DNA from: a virus
Length of the DNA: 64,000 nucleotides
IMG/VR virus record: IMGVR_UViG_3300035696_000020
Location: 1-64,000 of that record
Strand: one strand, 5' to 3'
Shown one piece after another: positions 39,442 to 48,396 of the stretch; position 1 is the first letter of the stretch, and each line of letters begins with the position of its first letter. Made by a program: the position numbers and the translations under genes. The notes below the pieces were generated by a model. That model searched no databases, was not told where the DNA came from, and saw only the letters and a list, made by a program, of their open reading frames with translations.

Positions 39442-39502
39442 AGACTCTCATAGGACAGTCTCTCAATTGGAAAAGAATGGATAGGAGTAATAGGAGGGGT
39501 AC

Positions 39503-41011
39503 ATGAACCGCGAGTTGTGGGACCACCAACAGAACGCATTGGTTGCATTGCGCCAGTCTATCGGGCATGGCGTGAAACGGATTGTTTTGCAGGCGCCGAC
39601 CGGGGCTGGGAAAACCCTGTTATCTGCGGCAATCGTTGAGGGAGCGCAGAAAAAGGGCAACCGAATGGCGTTTGTGGTTTCGAGTATTTCGCTGATAGAT
39701 CAAACTGTTGAGGCGTTTTACTCTGAGGGAATACGCGACATTGGCGTGATCCAGGCGAATCATGAACTGACCTCGTGGGATAAGCCGGTTCAGGTGTGTT
39801 CTGTGCAGACTTTGCGGCGACGGGGGGCGTATCCCGAGGCGCAGATTGTCGTGATCGATGAATGTCATGTGCTGCATGATTTTCACAAGAAATGGCTACT
39901 CGAACCTGGCTGGAAAGACGTGCCGTTCATCGGTTTGAGTGCGACTCCGTGGACGAAAGGGCTGGGCAAGTATTTCGATTCCCTGCTGATTGCGGCGACG
40001 ACTCGGGAGTTGATCGACAAGGGTTTGCTTTCGAAATTTCGGGTATTTGCGACCGGCCATCCCGATTTGCGCGACGTGAAGATCGTTGCTGGCGACTACC
40101 ACGAGGGCGAACTTTCGGACGCGATGCAGGCCGGTACGTTGACGGCGGACATCGTTCGGACGTGGCAGGAAAAATGGGGCAAGGACAAGACGCTGGTGTT
40201 CGGGGTGGACTGCGCGCACGCCAAGGCATTGCAGGAAAGGTTTATCTCTGCTGGCGTGAAAGCAGCCTACCAGGACGCACGGACGCCGGATGATGAACGG
40301 CGCGCGATCCGCAAGGGCTTCCATGATGGGGCCTATCAGGTTGTCTGCAACGTCGGGACGCTGACGACGGGAGTGGACTGGGATGTTAGATGCTTAGTCC
40401 TGGCTCGGCCCACGAGGTCAGAAATGCTGTTCGTGCAGATCATCGGGCGCGCGTTGCGGACGGCACCGGGGAAGGAACACGCGCTGATCCTCGACCATTC
40501 CGACACGACAATGCGCATGGGATTCGTGACGGATATTCACCACGATGGCTTGGACGACGGACTACCGAAGGCGAAGGCTGAGAGGCGCGTTCGGCTACCA
40601 AAGGAATGCCCGTCATGCCAAGCCTTGCGACCAAAGGGACATGCGGCGTGCCCACATTGCGGGTTCAAACCAGAGGTTGTTTCGGGGACGATCGAGCGCG
40701 ACGGCGAACTTATGGAAATCAATCCAGATGCGCCGGTTTACCAAAAGAAGGGGGCAAGCAGGAATTATACGATGGCCGAGAAGACACGCTTCCTTGCGCA
40801 ACTGAAAGCCTATGGATTGCTGCACGGTAGGAAGCCTGGGTGGTCGGCGTGGAGCTACAAGGAAAAGTTTGGGGTCTGGCCTGATCCGTCAATCAAAAAC
40901 ACTCCACCGGCCAGCATGGTCGATGTCGAGGTGAAGGCGTGGATTAAATCGCGACAAATTGCTTTTGCGAAAAGTCGTAAAAATCCAGCGAACGCAGGAG
41001 CGCGGGCGTGA
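39503..41011 (+). CDS. SF2 DEAD/DEAH helicase with zinc ribbon (RadD/YejH-like)
   Basis: APTGAGKT, DECH, SATP, TGVD, QIIGRALR, CPSC..CPHCG. Confidence 0.93.
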   Translation: MNRELWDHQQNALVALRQSIGHGVKRIVLQAPTGAGKTLLSAAIVEGAQKKGNRMAFVVSSISLIDQTVEAFYSEGIRDIGVIQANHELTSWDKPVQVCSVQTLRRRGAYPEAQIVVIDECHVLHDFHKKWLLEPGWKDVPFIGLSATPWTKGLGKYFDSLLIAATTRELIDKGLLSKFRVFATGHPDLRDVKIVAGDYHEGELSDAMQAGTLTADIVRTWQEKWGKDKTLVFGVDCAHAKALQERFISAGVKAAYQDARTPDDERRAIRKGFHDGAYQVVCNVGTLTTGVDWDVRCLVLARPTRSEMLFVQIIGRALRTAPGKEHALILDHSDTTMRMGFVTDIHHDGLDDGLPKAKAERRVRLPKECPSCQALRPKGHAACPHCGFKPEVVSGTIERDGELMEINPDAPVYQKKGASRNYTMAEKTRFLAQLKAYGLLHGRKPGWSAWSYKEKFGVWPDPSIKNTPPASMVDVEVKAWIKSRQIAFAKSRKNPANAGARA

Positions 41012-41158
41012 TTTGCGGGACGTGCCATGGCGACCGAGTTCTGATTATCGACCCTCGGCCTGAGAAGTTTACGACGGTGCCTTGTCCGACGTGTGAGGGC
41101 TGGGGCATTGTGCATTGCTGTGAAGGCGAGTGCGCCCAGCCCGAGAAGGAAACACCCG

Positions 41159-42076
41159 ATGAGTGAGGCTTTCGTTTACCAAGTCGGCAACCGCTGGCAT
41201 GAAATCCTCCCCGCGCTCGGCGTTCCGTCCAAGTTTCTAACCGGGAAGCATCAACCGTGCCCGCTGTGTGGTGGCAAAGATCGCGCACGGTTCGACAACA
41301 AGCAGGGCCGTGGTACGTGGTTCTGCACACACTGCGGAGCCGGGGATGGTGTTACCCTAGTCATGAAAATGAAGCGGTGTTCGTTCAATGACGCCGCAAA
41401 CTTAATCAAGCCGCTAATCGGCCAAGCACGCCCGAGGAAAGTCATGGAGCAATCACCCGACGCCGCCAAGGAAATGTACCGGGGGCTGTGGAAGGCGTCC
41501 GCCCTGATCACGCTGAACGATGCGGCGGGGAAGTGGCTGAATCGGCGCTGCGGGCTTACGAAATTCCCGAAGGACCTCCGCTACGTTGAAACGATGAAGT
41601 ACGCCGACGATCCGCCCCAATATTTCTCTGGCATGATTGCACTGGTCCGGGATGCGAGCGGAAAGCCTATCAACATTCACCGGACGTTTCTGACCCCGGA
41701 AGGCGAGAAGGCCCCGGTAGAGACCCCCCGCAAGATGATGCCGGGGAGCATTCCGAAGGGTGGCGCTGTACGTCTTGGCGAGCCCAAGGATGCGTTGGGC
41801 GTAGCCGAGGGTATCGAGACTGCGATTTCTGCTGCAACGCTCTCAGGCGTCCCCGTATGGGCTGCAATCAACGATCTGGGACTAAGCCAATGGGAGCCTC
41901 CACCGGGGGTGGAGAAAATCCTGATCTATGCGGACAACGATAAGAACTTCGTAGGGCAGACTGCGGCGCACGTTCTGGCTAAAAGACTGGTAACTAAATA
42001 CCAAGTAGAGTTGAAAATTCCACTTCACGACGGGGACGACTGGAACGACGTGGAATACCGTCTGAGGCGTGGATAA
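41159..42076 (+). CDS. DNA primase (zinc-binding + Toprim)
   Basis: H.PCP.CGGKDR.RF, FC..CGAGDG, AEGIETA, ADND, DWND. Confidence 0.92.
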   Translation: MSEAFVYQVGNRWHEILPALGVPSKFLTGKHQPCPLCGGKDRARFDNKQGRGTWFCTHCGAGDGVTLVMKMKRCSFNDAANLIKPLIGQARPRKVMEQSPDAAKEMYRGLWKASALITLNDAAGKWLNRRCGLTKFPKDLRYVETMKYADDPPQYFSGMIALVRDASGKPINIHRTFLTPEGEKAPVETPRKMMPGSIPKGGAVRLGEPKDALGVAEGIETAISAATLSGVPVWAAINDLGLSQWEPPPGVEKILIYADNDKNFVGQTAAHVLAKRLVTKYQVELKIPLHDGDDWNDVEYRLRRG

Positions 42077-42154
42077 CCGCGATGGGGTTCTACTGGGGGC
42101 TTGTGCTCACACGAATTATGGTGGACATTTGGGGAACGTGGTGGTGGATGCCGT

Positions 42155-43243
42155 ATGAAACAACACTTGACGATCAAACTTCGCCTTCGCGATAAGCACG
42201 CCGCAGAACTTAATCGGCAGGCTCGCGCAGTCAATGCGGTATGGAACTACTGCAATGAGGCCCAACGGCACATGCTGCGGTGGGATCGATGGTTGTCGGC
42301 GTTTGATTTGATGAATTTAACTTCACATTCTTATTTGGAGTTGAATTTACATAGTAGCACCATTCAGCGCGTTTGTGCTCGTTATGTAAAATGCAGATTT
42401 GCAGTCAAAATGCCGTATTTGCGGTGGCGGGGGAAGAAATCGTTAGGTTGGGTTCCATTTAATACGTCTAGAGTGTCGTTTGATGGTAAAACGTTTAAAT
42501 TTCGTGGCGTTTGCTATGAGCCTATGCATTTGCGTGATTTGCTTATACCTGGGATAAAAATTGGAGCTGGCAGTTTTAATGCAGATAACCGAGGCCATTG
42601 GTACATCAACGTCCCAATTGAGATCGACTGCGTAAATGTTGCGTCTAATTCGAAAGTAGGCATTGATCTTGGTCTAAAGAATTTGGCTGTTTTGTCTGAT
42701 GGCGATGTTGTTGAGGCACCGCAGTTTTATCGCAAGAACGAAGCTGCCATTGCGACCGCACAACGAGCCAAGAAAGGCAAGAGAGCGCGAGCGACCCATA
42801 GCAAGATCGCAAATCGGCGCAAGGATTTTCTGCATAAGGCGAGTACGAGGATTGCCAAAGAATACGGACTGATAGTAGTAGGTAACATCGGTCCGTCGAA
42901 ACTTGCCAAGACCCATCTAGCGAAGTCAATTCACGACGCCGGCTGGGCGGATTTCAAACGTATGCTGTCGTACAAGTCCATTAGGAATGGCGGCAGCACG
43001 CTTGAAGTCTCTGAGGCATTTAGTTCCCAAGTCTGTTCGGAGTGTGGCAGTTTGCCTACTTCGCGGCCGAGAGGTATCGCAGACCTTGGAATAAGAGAGT
43101 GGACGTGCAGTGATTGCGGAACGGTTCATGACCGCGACGTTAATGCTGCCCGGAACATTCTCCATCGCGGGCTAGCGATGCTTGCAGAAGGTGCCTCTAA
43201 GTCGGGGAGTGGCCAAAGTTGCCGGGTTGAGGCGGGTTTGTGA
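42155..43243 (+). mobile_element. tnpB: TnpB RNA-guided nuclease (IS200/IS605 family), no tnpA
   Basis: VWN, GIDLGLK, RRKDFLHK, SQ.CS.CG, W.C..CG..HDRDVNAA. Confidence 0.92.
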
Positions 43244-43278
43244 TAATAACCAGCCGAAATGCACTGCGGAGGGCGAGA

Positions 43279-43534
43279 GATGTCTGAAAAGCCTATCGTT
43301 GCCATGAACAGAGAGGACAGAGACGACATCAATAGCCCTGTAATCGGCTATATGTGCCTGATCGAGTATGAATACGAAGTCGGGGCGGCTAGTGGTGGCA
43401 GTATGGTCTATCCTAGCGTTGACGATCTTAAGAAAAATCATCTGTGCGTTGATTCTTGCGGGGTCGTTGAGGTTGAGGTTCGGGCACGACGTATCGTTCA
43501 GGAACCCAAAGAAGAGGAATGGGTAGCCGAATGA
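43279..43534 (+). CDS. Hypothetical protein
   Basis: GYMC......E.G.A..G..VYPS..DLK...C...CG.VEV; start approximate. Confidence 0.65.
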
Positions 43535-43615
43535 CCACCCTCGCCAAGCGCGCGACTCCAGCGCAGGCCAAGATTAAGCTGCGGGCGATCGACAAGTTGC
43601 AGCGGGAGTTAGGCA

Positions 43616-43828
43616 ATGAGCGACCTTAACGACGCTGACCTTGCGCCATGTCCATTTTGCGGCAGTCCCGCAGAGTTTGAACGGAAGGGCACGCACGCTC
43701 GTTCCTGTATCGTGGCTTGTACTATGTGTGGCTGTAGCCTTGAAACCGGAGAAACTTGGAACTCAGGGAAGGCTTGGAATACGCGATGGTCGATTGAAAG
43801 AGCCGTCGCGGAAAATGGGGGAAACTAA
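43616..43828 (+). CDS. Lar-family zinc-ribbon protein
   Basis: L.PCPFCG, C..CG, AWN.R. Confidence 0.8.
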   Translation: MSDLNDADLAPCPFCGSPAEFERKGTHARSCIVACTMCGCSLETGETWNSGKAWNTRWSIERAVAENGGN

Positions 43829-44344
43829 GTGGAGCAATGGTATTGTGCTTTCTGCACGCCGCAGGGGGAGGCTCGTGCAAAGTTGGGAATTGAAGCCGCA
43901 GGGTTCGAAGCGTTCCTACCCGTAGAAAGGATACGCGGGCCACTGAGCGTAAAGCGCCGGCAACATGCTGTCATGGCCAGACCGCTGTTCCCACGCTACC
44001 TATTCGCGTACTTCGACGCAGGGACGGACCACCATAAGATCATCGCAATCGACGGGATCGAGCACCTACTACAGAACGCCGGGAAGTTGGTAAAGGTCCC
44101 GCAATCCACAATCGATGTGTTCCGCAATCTCCAGCGTGCGGGGGTGTTCGATAGGGTCGATCCGATGTCTGGCTTGAAGTCGGGGGACGCGGTAAAGATC
44201 ACGGAGGGGCCATTTGCGGGGCTGATAGCTCGGGTGAAGTCGGCGCGGTCGAGGGACAGGATTAAGGTGTTGTTGGAGTTCTTGGGGCAGGCGACGGAAG
44301 CGGATTTGTCGGTGGAAATGATGGGAAAGGTGGGGCATGTTTGA
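43829..44344 (+). CDS. NusG/RfaH-like antiterminator
   Basis: WY, F.P, PLFPRYLF, KOW GD.V.I.EGPFAG, LLEFLG. Confidence 0.9.
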   Translation: MEQWYCAFCTPQGEARAKLGIEAAGFEAFLPVERIRGPLSVKRRQHAVMARPLFPRYLFAYFDAGTDHHKIIAIDGIEHLLQNAGKLVKVPQSTIDVFRNLQRAGVFDRVDPMSGLKSGDAVKITEGPFAGLIARVKSARSRDRIKVLLEFLGQATEADLSVEMMGKVGHV

Positions 44345-45578
44345 CAACGCAATCACTTGGGCGACATCTAATCCTATCTTGGTCGGTGGCGTAGGGACGC
44401 TTCTGTTTGGCTCTCTTCTGTATCTAGCGAAGGCTATTCCGTCAACGATCTACAATTCAATTCGTCGTATGTTGACGATTGATTTTACAATGACTTCCGA
44501 AGCCTATCTTTATGAAGAGGTAATAGAGATTCTGAGCAAGTCAAGGGTTCCACTGTTCTGCCGTAGTTACGCGATTAGTCAAAAGACTGGCAGGACGCTA
44601 GGTGCGGGGTTTGGCTCATCGATAGGGTTCTATCGTGGACGATTGGTATTTTTCCACCGTCAGTTAATGGATGGTAAATTGTATTTGTTCGAACAAGTAC
44701 ATGCGACCTTGTTTTCTCGTAATACAAAATTGTTGGAGAAAATATTAGAGGAAGCGGCGGCGCCTAAGAATGATGATGATATTACTGTCTATCTTTCGGT
44801 GGCAGCATCATGGAATTATTCAACAAAGAAACGCAAGCGACCTCTTGATACGGTATTCTGCAACAATGGAACGAAGCAGGATATCATCAATGAAATCGAT
44901 TGGTTCTTTGCAAATGAGGATTGGTATCGTCGTCGGGGGATGCCGTATAAGAAGGTGTTTTTGCTTTCAGGTCCTCCGGGGTGTGGCAAGTCAAGCCTGA
45001 TTTATGCGATTTCATCGCACTTCAATCGTAACGTAGCTAGTATGACGAACGTTCTTAATGTTGGGCAACTTTTGTCTAATATTCCAGAGAATGCCTTTGT
45101 CGCGATTGAAGACATTGATATGCTTGCGATATCTCGGGATGAGAGTCCGCAAGATATGCCGGCGCCGCCAACACTGACTGGTAAATTGGAAATCAAGTCC
45201 ATTTCTGCAAAAACAGCGTTGCACCATCTAATCAATACACTTGATGGACTTGCGACGCCAGAAGGAATGGTTGTCTTCATCACCACGAACTACAAGGATC
45301 GTCTCGATCCAGCCCTTATCCGTCCTGGCCGGATCGACCATGACATTGAAATCGGCCCTCTCAATGCACAGGCAACCGAGGAAATGTTCGTATCGTTCTA
45401 CGGGGATGAGTATCGCTATTTGATTCGTGGCTACACGACCTCCCGTCATTTCATCCCGCAGACCGGCGCCGAGTGCCAACGTGTCTTCATGGCGTGTAAA
45501 AGCGCAAATGAGGCGGTGCACGAACTGCATCGGCGGGAGGGTGAGGTAGTGCATCGGTTGGGAACGGTATCGGGATAA
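44337..45578 (+). CDS. BCS1-like AAA+ ATPase with N-terminal TM
   Basis: WY..RG.PY, GPPGCGKSS, IEDID, LINTLDG, TTN..DRLDPALIRPGRID. Confidence 0.9.
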   Translation: MFDNAITWATSNPILVGGVGTLLFGSLLYLAKAIPSTIYNSIRRMLTIDFTMTSEAYLYEEVIEILSKSRVPLFCRSYAISQKTGRTLGAGFGSSIGFYRGRLVFFHRQLMDGKLYLFEQVHATLFSRNTKLLEKILEEAAAPKNDDDITVYLSVAASWNYSTKKRKRPLDTVFCNNGTKQDIINEIDWFFANEDWYRRRGMPYKKVFLLSGPPGCGKSSLIYAISSHFNRNVASMTNVLNVGQLLSNIPENAFVAIEDIDMLAISRDESPQDMPAPPTLTGKLEIKSISAKTALHHLINTLDGLATPEGMVVFITTNYKDRLDPALIRPGRIDHDIEIGPLNAQATEEMFVSFYGDEYRYLIRGYTTSRHFIPQTGAECQRVFMACKSANEAVHELHRREGEVVHRLGTVSG

Positions 45579-45742
45579 AGTACGAATTGTGTGCGTAATG
45601 CGGCGAGTATGGTTGACAAAACGACGATAAAATGCAAGGGATGTGCGATGTTTGAACACGTATTCGGCGCGCTTATCATGTTCGGGGTGTTTGCGATCCT
45701 GGTCATTCTGTTGTGGCGCGGCGCTGGGAATGCCTAACTGAA

Positions 45743-46042
45743 ATGATACGCCTATTCCGAACTTGCTACGCTTGTCCTGAGCAATACGATGCCTATGATG
45801 GCGACAAACAGGTAGGGTATCTTAGGCTGCGGCACGGTTGCTTTACTGTAGAATGCCCAGATGTGGCTGGGACAATGGTTTATTCGGCTGGTCCAAGAGG
45901 GGATGGAATCTTTGAGGATGACGAGCGGGATTACTATCTGAGGTTCGCGGTGGACGCAATTCAACGGTGGCAGGCCGGTAGTAAGACTGACCCTCCCGAT
46001 GTGCAATATGAGATTGTAGAGGAAAAAGATGTGGAAGCCTGA
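45743..46042 (+). CDS. Hypothetical protein
   Basis: TC.ACPEQYD....QVGYLRLRHG, GDGIFE. Confidence 0.7.
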   Translation: MIRLFRTCYACPEQYDAYDGDKQVGYLRLRHGCFTVECPDVAGTMVYSAGPRGDGIFEDDERDYYLRFAVDAIQRWQAGSKTDPPDVQYEIVEEKDVEA

Positions 46043-46895
46043 CGTTTGCTTTTACCACAAGGATTGCCCAGACGGTTTTGCGGCTGCCTGGGTAGTCAAG
46101 CGTAAGTGGCCGGATGTAGTCTGCGAGCCGGTTAACTATGGCTTGGAACTGCCGGATGTAGACCTGACTAGCAAGAATCTGCTGGTGGTGGACTTCTCGT
46201 TCAAGCCAGATGTGTGCCGGAAACTGGCGGAACGGGCGAAATCAATTGTGATAGCCGATCATCACAAAACGGCAAAGGCTGATTTGCAAGAGTTTATCGT
46301 CCCTGAAAATCTGACGTATGTGACGGCAGATATGTATCCGTCCTCTCAATCAATTCTTGCAAACTTCGATATGGACCGTTCCGGCGCGCGTATGGCATGG
46401 GATTTCTGCTTCCCTGGCGAGGAATGCCCTATGCTCGTGCAGTTTGTCGAGGACCGGGACCTGTGGCGGTTCAAGTTGGAAGGGTCGCGGGCGTTTGGGT
46501 TGTATCTGCGAAGCGTGCCGTACAGTTTTGAGTCTTGGGACGGCGTTTACGAGTTTATGAAGGCAAACCCAAGCGTTCTCATGCAACAGGCGTACTGCAT
46601 CGAGCAATTCTTCGACCAACAGATTGAGGATATGGTCAAAACCGCAATCTTCAAGAAGATCGGCAAGTGGGAAGTCCCAGTAGCCTATGCGCCGTATGCG
46701 TTCACAAGCGATCTGGCGCACCAATTGCTGAAAAAGTACCCTGACGCTCCGTTTGCGGCGGTAATCGTGGATGCCTACGGTGAGCAGACCTATTCACTTC
46801 GATCAGAGGATGGTCGTGAGGACGTTAGCGAGGTGGCGAAGCAATACGGTGGGGGCGGGCATCGTAATGCAAGTGGTTTCCGCGTCCCGAGTTGA
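46029..46895 (+). CDS. DHH/DHHA1 phosphoesterase
   Basis: YH.DC.DG, VDFS, DHH, DRDLW, SLRS, GGGGH.NASGF. Confidence 0.9.
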   Translation: MWKPDVCFYHKDCPDGFAAAWVVKRKWPDVVCEPVNYGLELPDVDLTSKNLLVVDFSFKPDVCRKLAERAKSIVIADHHKTAKADLQEFIVPENLTYVTADMYPSSQSILANFDMDRSGARMAWDFCFPGEECPMLVQFVEDRDLWRFKLEGSRAFGLYLRSVPYSFESWDGVYEFMKANPSVLMQQAYCIEQFFDQQIEDMVKTAIFKKIGKWEVPVAYAPYAFTSDLAHQLLKKYPDAPFAAVIVDAYGEQTYSLRSEDGREDVSEVAKQYGGGGHRNASGFRVPS

Positions 46896-46954
46896 GGTTA
46901 CTTGACTTTTGCTGAAATCTATGGCAGCAATTGGAAATGAGAGAGGGGAATGTC

Positions 46955-47692
46955 ATGGCAAAGTTGAATCAGATTATCGCGATCGAAAAGGGTATCAAAT
47001 CAAGGGTCTACAGTGAATTGACCGACTTGAACAAGGCTATCCAGAAGCCTGAATTGTTCAACGGCTTTTCTAAGACATATCAAAAGAAGGATGAGGACGG
47101 CGAGGATTTGCCGGCTGAAAAGAAGCGCGTCCAGTTCATCGGTGATGAGGTGTTGCGCGCGGTCGAGCGGTCAATGACTGAATTGATGGAGGTCACTGCC
47201 CGTAAGGATTGGACGAACTGCGTCGCTACTGCGAATGTGGTGGTAGATGACCAAGTTCTGATCTCTGGGGCGCCAGTCAGTTTTCTGCTATTTTTGGAAA
47301 AGCAGTTGACCGATCTTCGTACTTTGGTCGCCAATATGCCGGTTCTTGATGAGGCCGAGACTTGGAGCAAGGATTCCAACTCTGGCCTGTATAAGACTGA
47401 GGCCACCTCGACGCATCGGACCAAGAAGGTTTCGAAGCCAATCGTTCTTTATCCAGCTACACCGGAGCATCCGGCGCAGACTCAGATGACAACCGAGGAT
47501 GTGATCGCCGGGTTTTGGCATCAGGTCAAACATAGCGGCGCACTTCCAAAGCCGGAAAAGCAAGACATTGCCAGCCGGGTTGAAAAGTTGCTCAAGGCTG
47601 TGAAAGAGGCTCGCGAGGCAGCGAACATTCACGATGAGGTCACATCGCCGGCTGTCGGTGGTGCGGTTTTTGGGTATCTGTTGGGAGATTAA
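46955..47692 (+). CDS. Uncharacterised helical/beta-hairpin protein linked to the permuted-tRNA RNA
   Basis: MAKLNQIIAIEKG..., LLFLEKQL, RTKK...VLY.AT.EHPAQ, KEARE.AN; upstream TTGACT and GAGGGG RBS. Confidence 0.85.
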   Translation: MAKLNQIIAIEKGIKSRVYSELTDLNKAIQKPELFNGFSKTYQKKDEDGEDLPAEKKRVQFIGDEVLRAVERSMTELMEVTARKDWTNCVATANVVVDDQVLISGAPVSFLLFLEKQLTDLRTLVANMPVLDEAETWSKDSNSGLYKTEATSTHRTKKVSKPIVLYPATPEHPAQTQMTTEDVIAGFWHQVKHSGALPKPEKQDIASRVEKLLKAVKEAREAANIHDEVTSPAVGGAVFGYLLGD

Positions 47693-48056
47693 CGAACAAG
47701 CTCAAGCTTGTTGTGAAACTGAAAGACGAACGTGAAGGTTCGAGTCCTTCCCCCCGCACCAAAACCTGAGCGGGGGTGCCGGAACGCAGACGGGCGGTCT
47801 AAAGCCGTGTTCGTTCAATCTCAGATTATTCACCCCAAGTTGAGCATTGTCGCGCTGATCCTATCAAGGTGCATGGTGAAAAGCTCGAAAGACACTGGTT
47901 CAAATCCAGTCGGCCGCTCCAAAACCTGTGCGGCCGTAGTTCAGTGGAAGAACGTTCGTCCTGAATCTTATACCGTGTATTAAACGCCGAGGATTGGGTG
48001 AAGTCGCGATTAAGCGGTCCCGTGGCATCGGATACATGCCACGGGACACCATTTTC
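47693..48056 (+). ncRNA. Structured RNA with two circularly permuted tRNA-like domains
   Basis: Twice: T arm, 7 nt acceptor strand, NCCA, AAACCTG linker, complementary 7 nt, D arm; each on a long bulged stem; closing 12 bp hairpin. Confidence 0.8.
48017..48056 (+). terminator. Hairpin terminator / 3' stem
   Basis: GTCCCGTGGCAT/ATGCCACGGGAC followed by ACCATTTT. Confidence 0.6.
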
Positions 48057-48080
48057 GAGGTTTGGTCGCAAAAAAAGTGC

Positions 48081-48109
48081 TTGACTTGCCGTCAAAAGTG
48101 TGGTTCAAT
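48081..48109 (+). promoter_or_regulatory. Promoter of the tRNA region
   Basis: A-tract, TTGACT-N17-TTCAAT. Confidence 0.65.
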
Positions 48110-48396
48110 ACAAGGATGAAGTTTGCGACACGTAAATCCGCCACGAACTGTTGGCATCGGGAACGCCCGGTGTCGTTGTGTGGCATGAATCCCGAGGTCG
48201 GGATTTAATACGGTAGGGGAAACTCTGCCGAATCACAGGCAGAGATCACGGTTCCACTTCAAATCATGATCGAAGCCTGACTAGGCCCTCCACGGATGTA
48301 CTGGAGGGTCTGACGCCTTATTTTTCTGTGGATAAAGCCACTTAGGATAGGGCGTGCTGTTTGACATTGTGGATGTGAACGTTCACTGTTTGTTCC

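Noticed and set aside
39394-39490. Amber stop-codon reassignment suggested by the TAG-rich tract
   Set aside because: Long genes are uninterrupted in code 11, TAG ends several genes cleanly, and no canonical CTA-anticodon tRNA is among the 35.
42155-43243. Nuclease-dead TldR or a Cas12f system
   Set aside because: An alternative RuvC-II Glu is present, and there is no CRISPR array or cas gene in the window.
47734-47960. Two ordinary tRNA genes or attachment-site remnants
   Set aside because: The halves are in reverse order, and each acceptor strand pairs only with the strand after it. The same linker recurs and long enclosing stems are present, so this is neither normal tRNA nor att debris.
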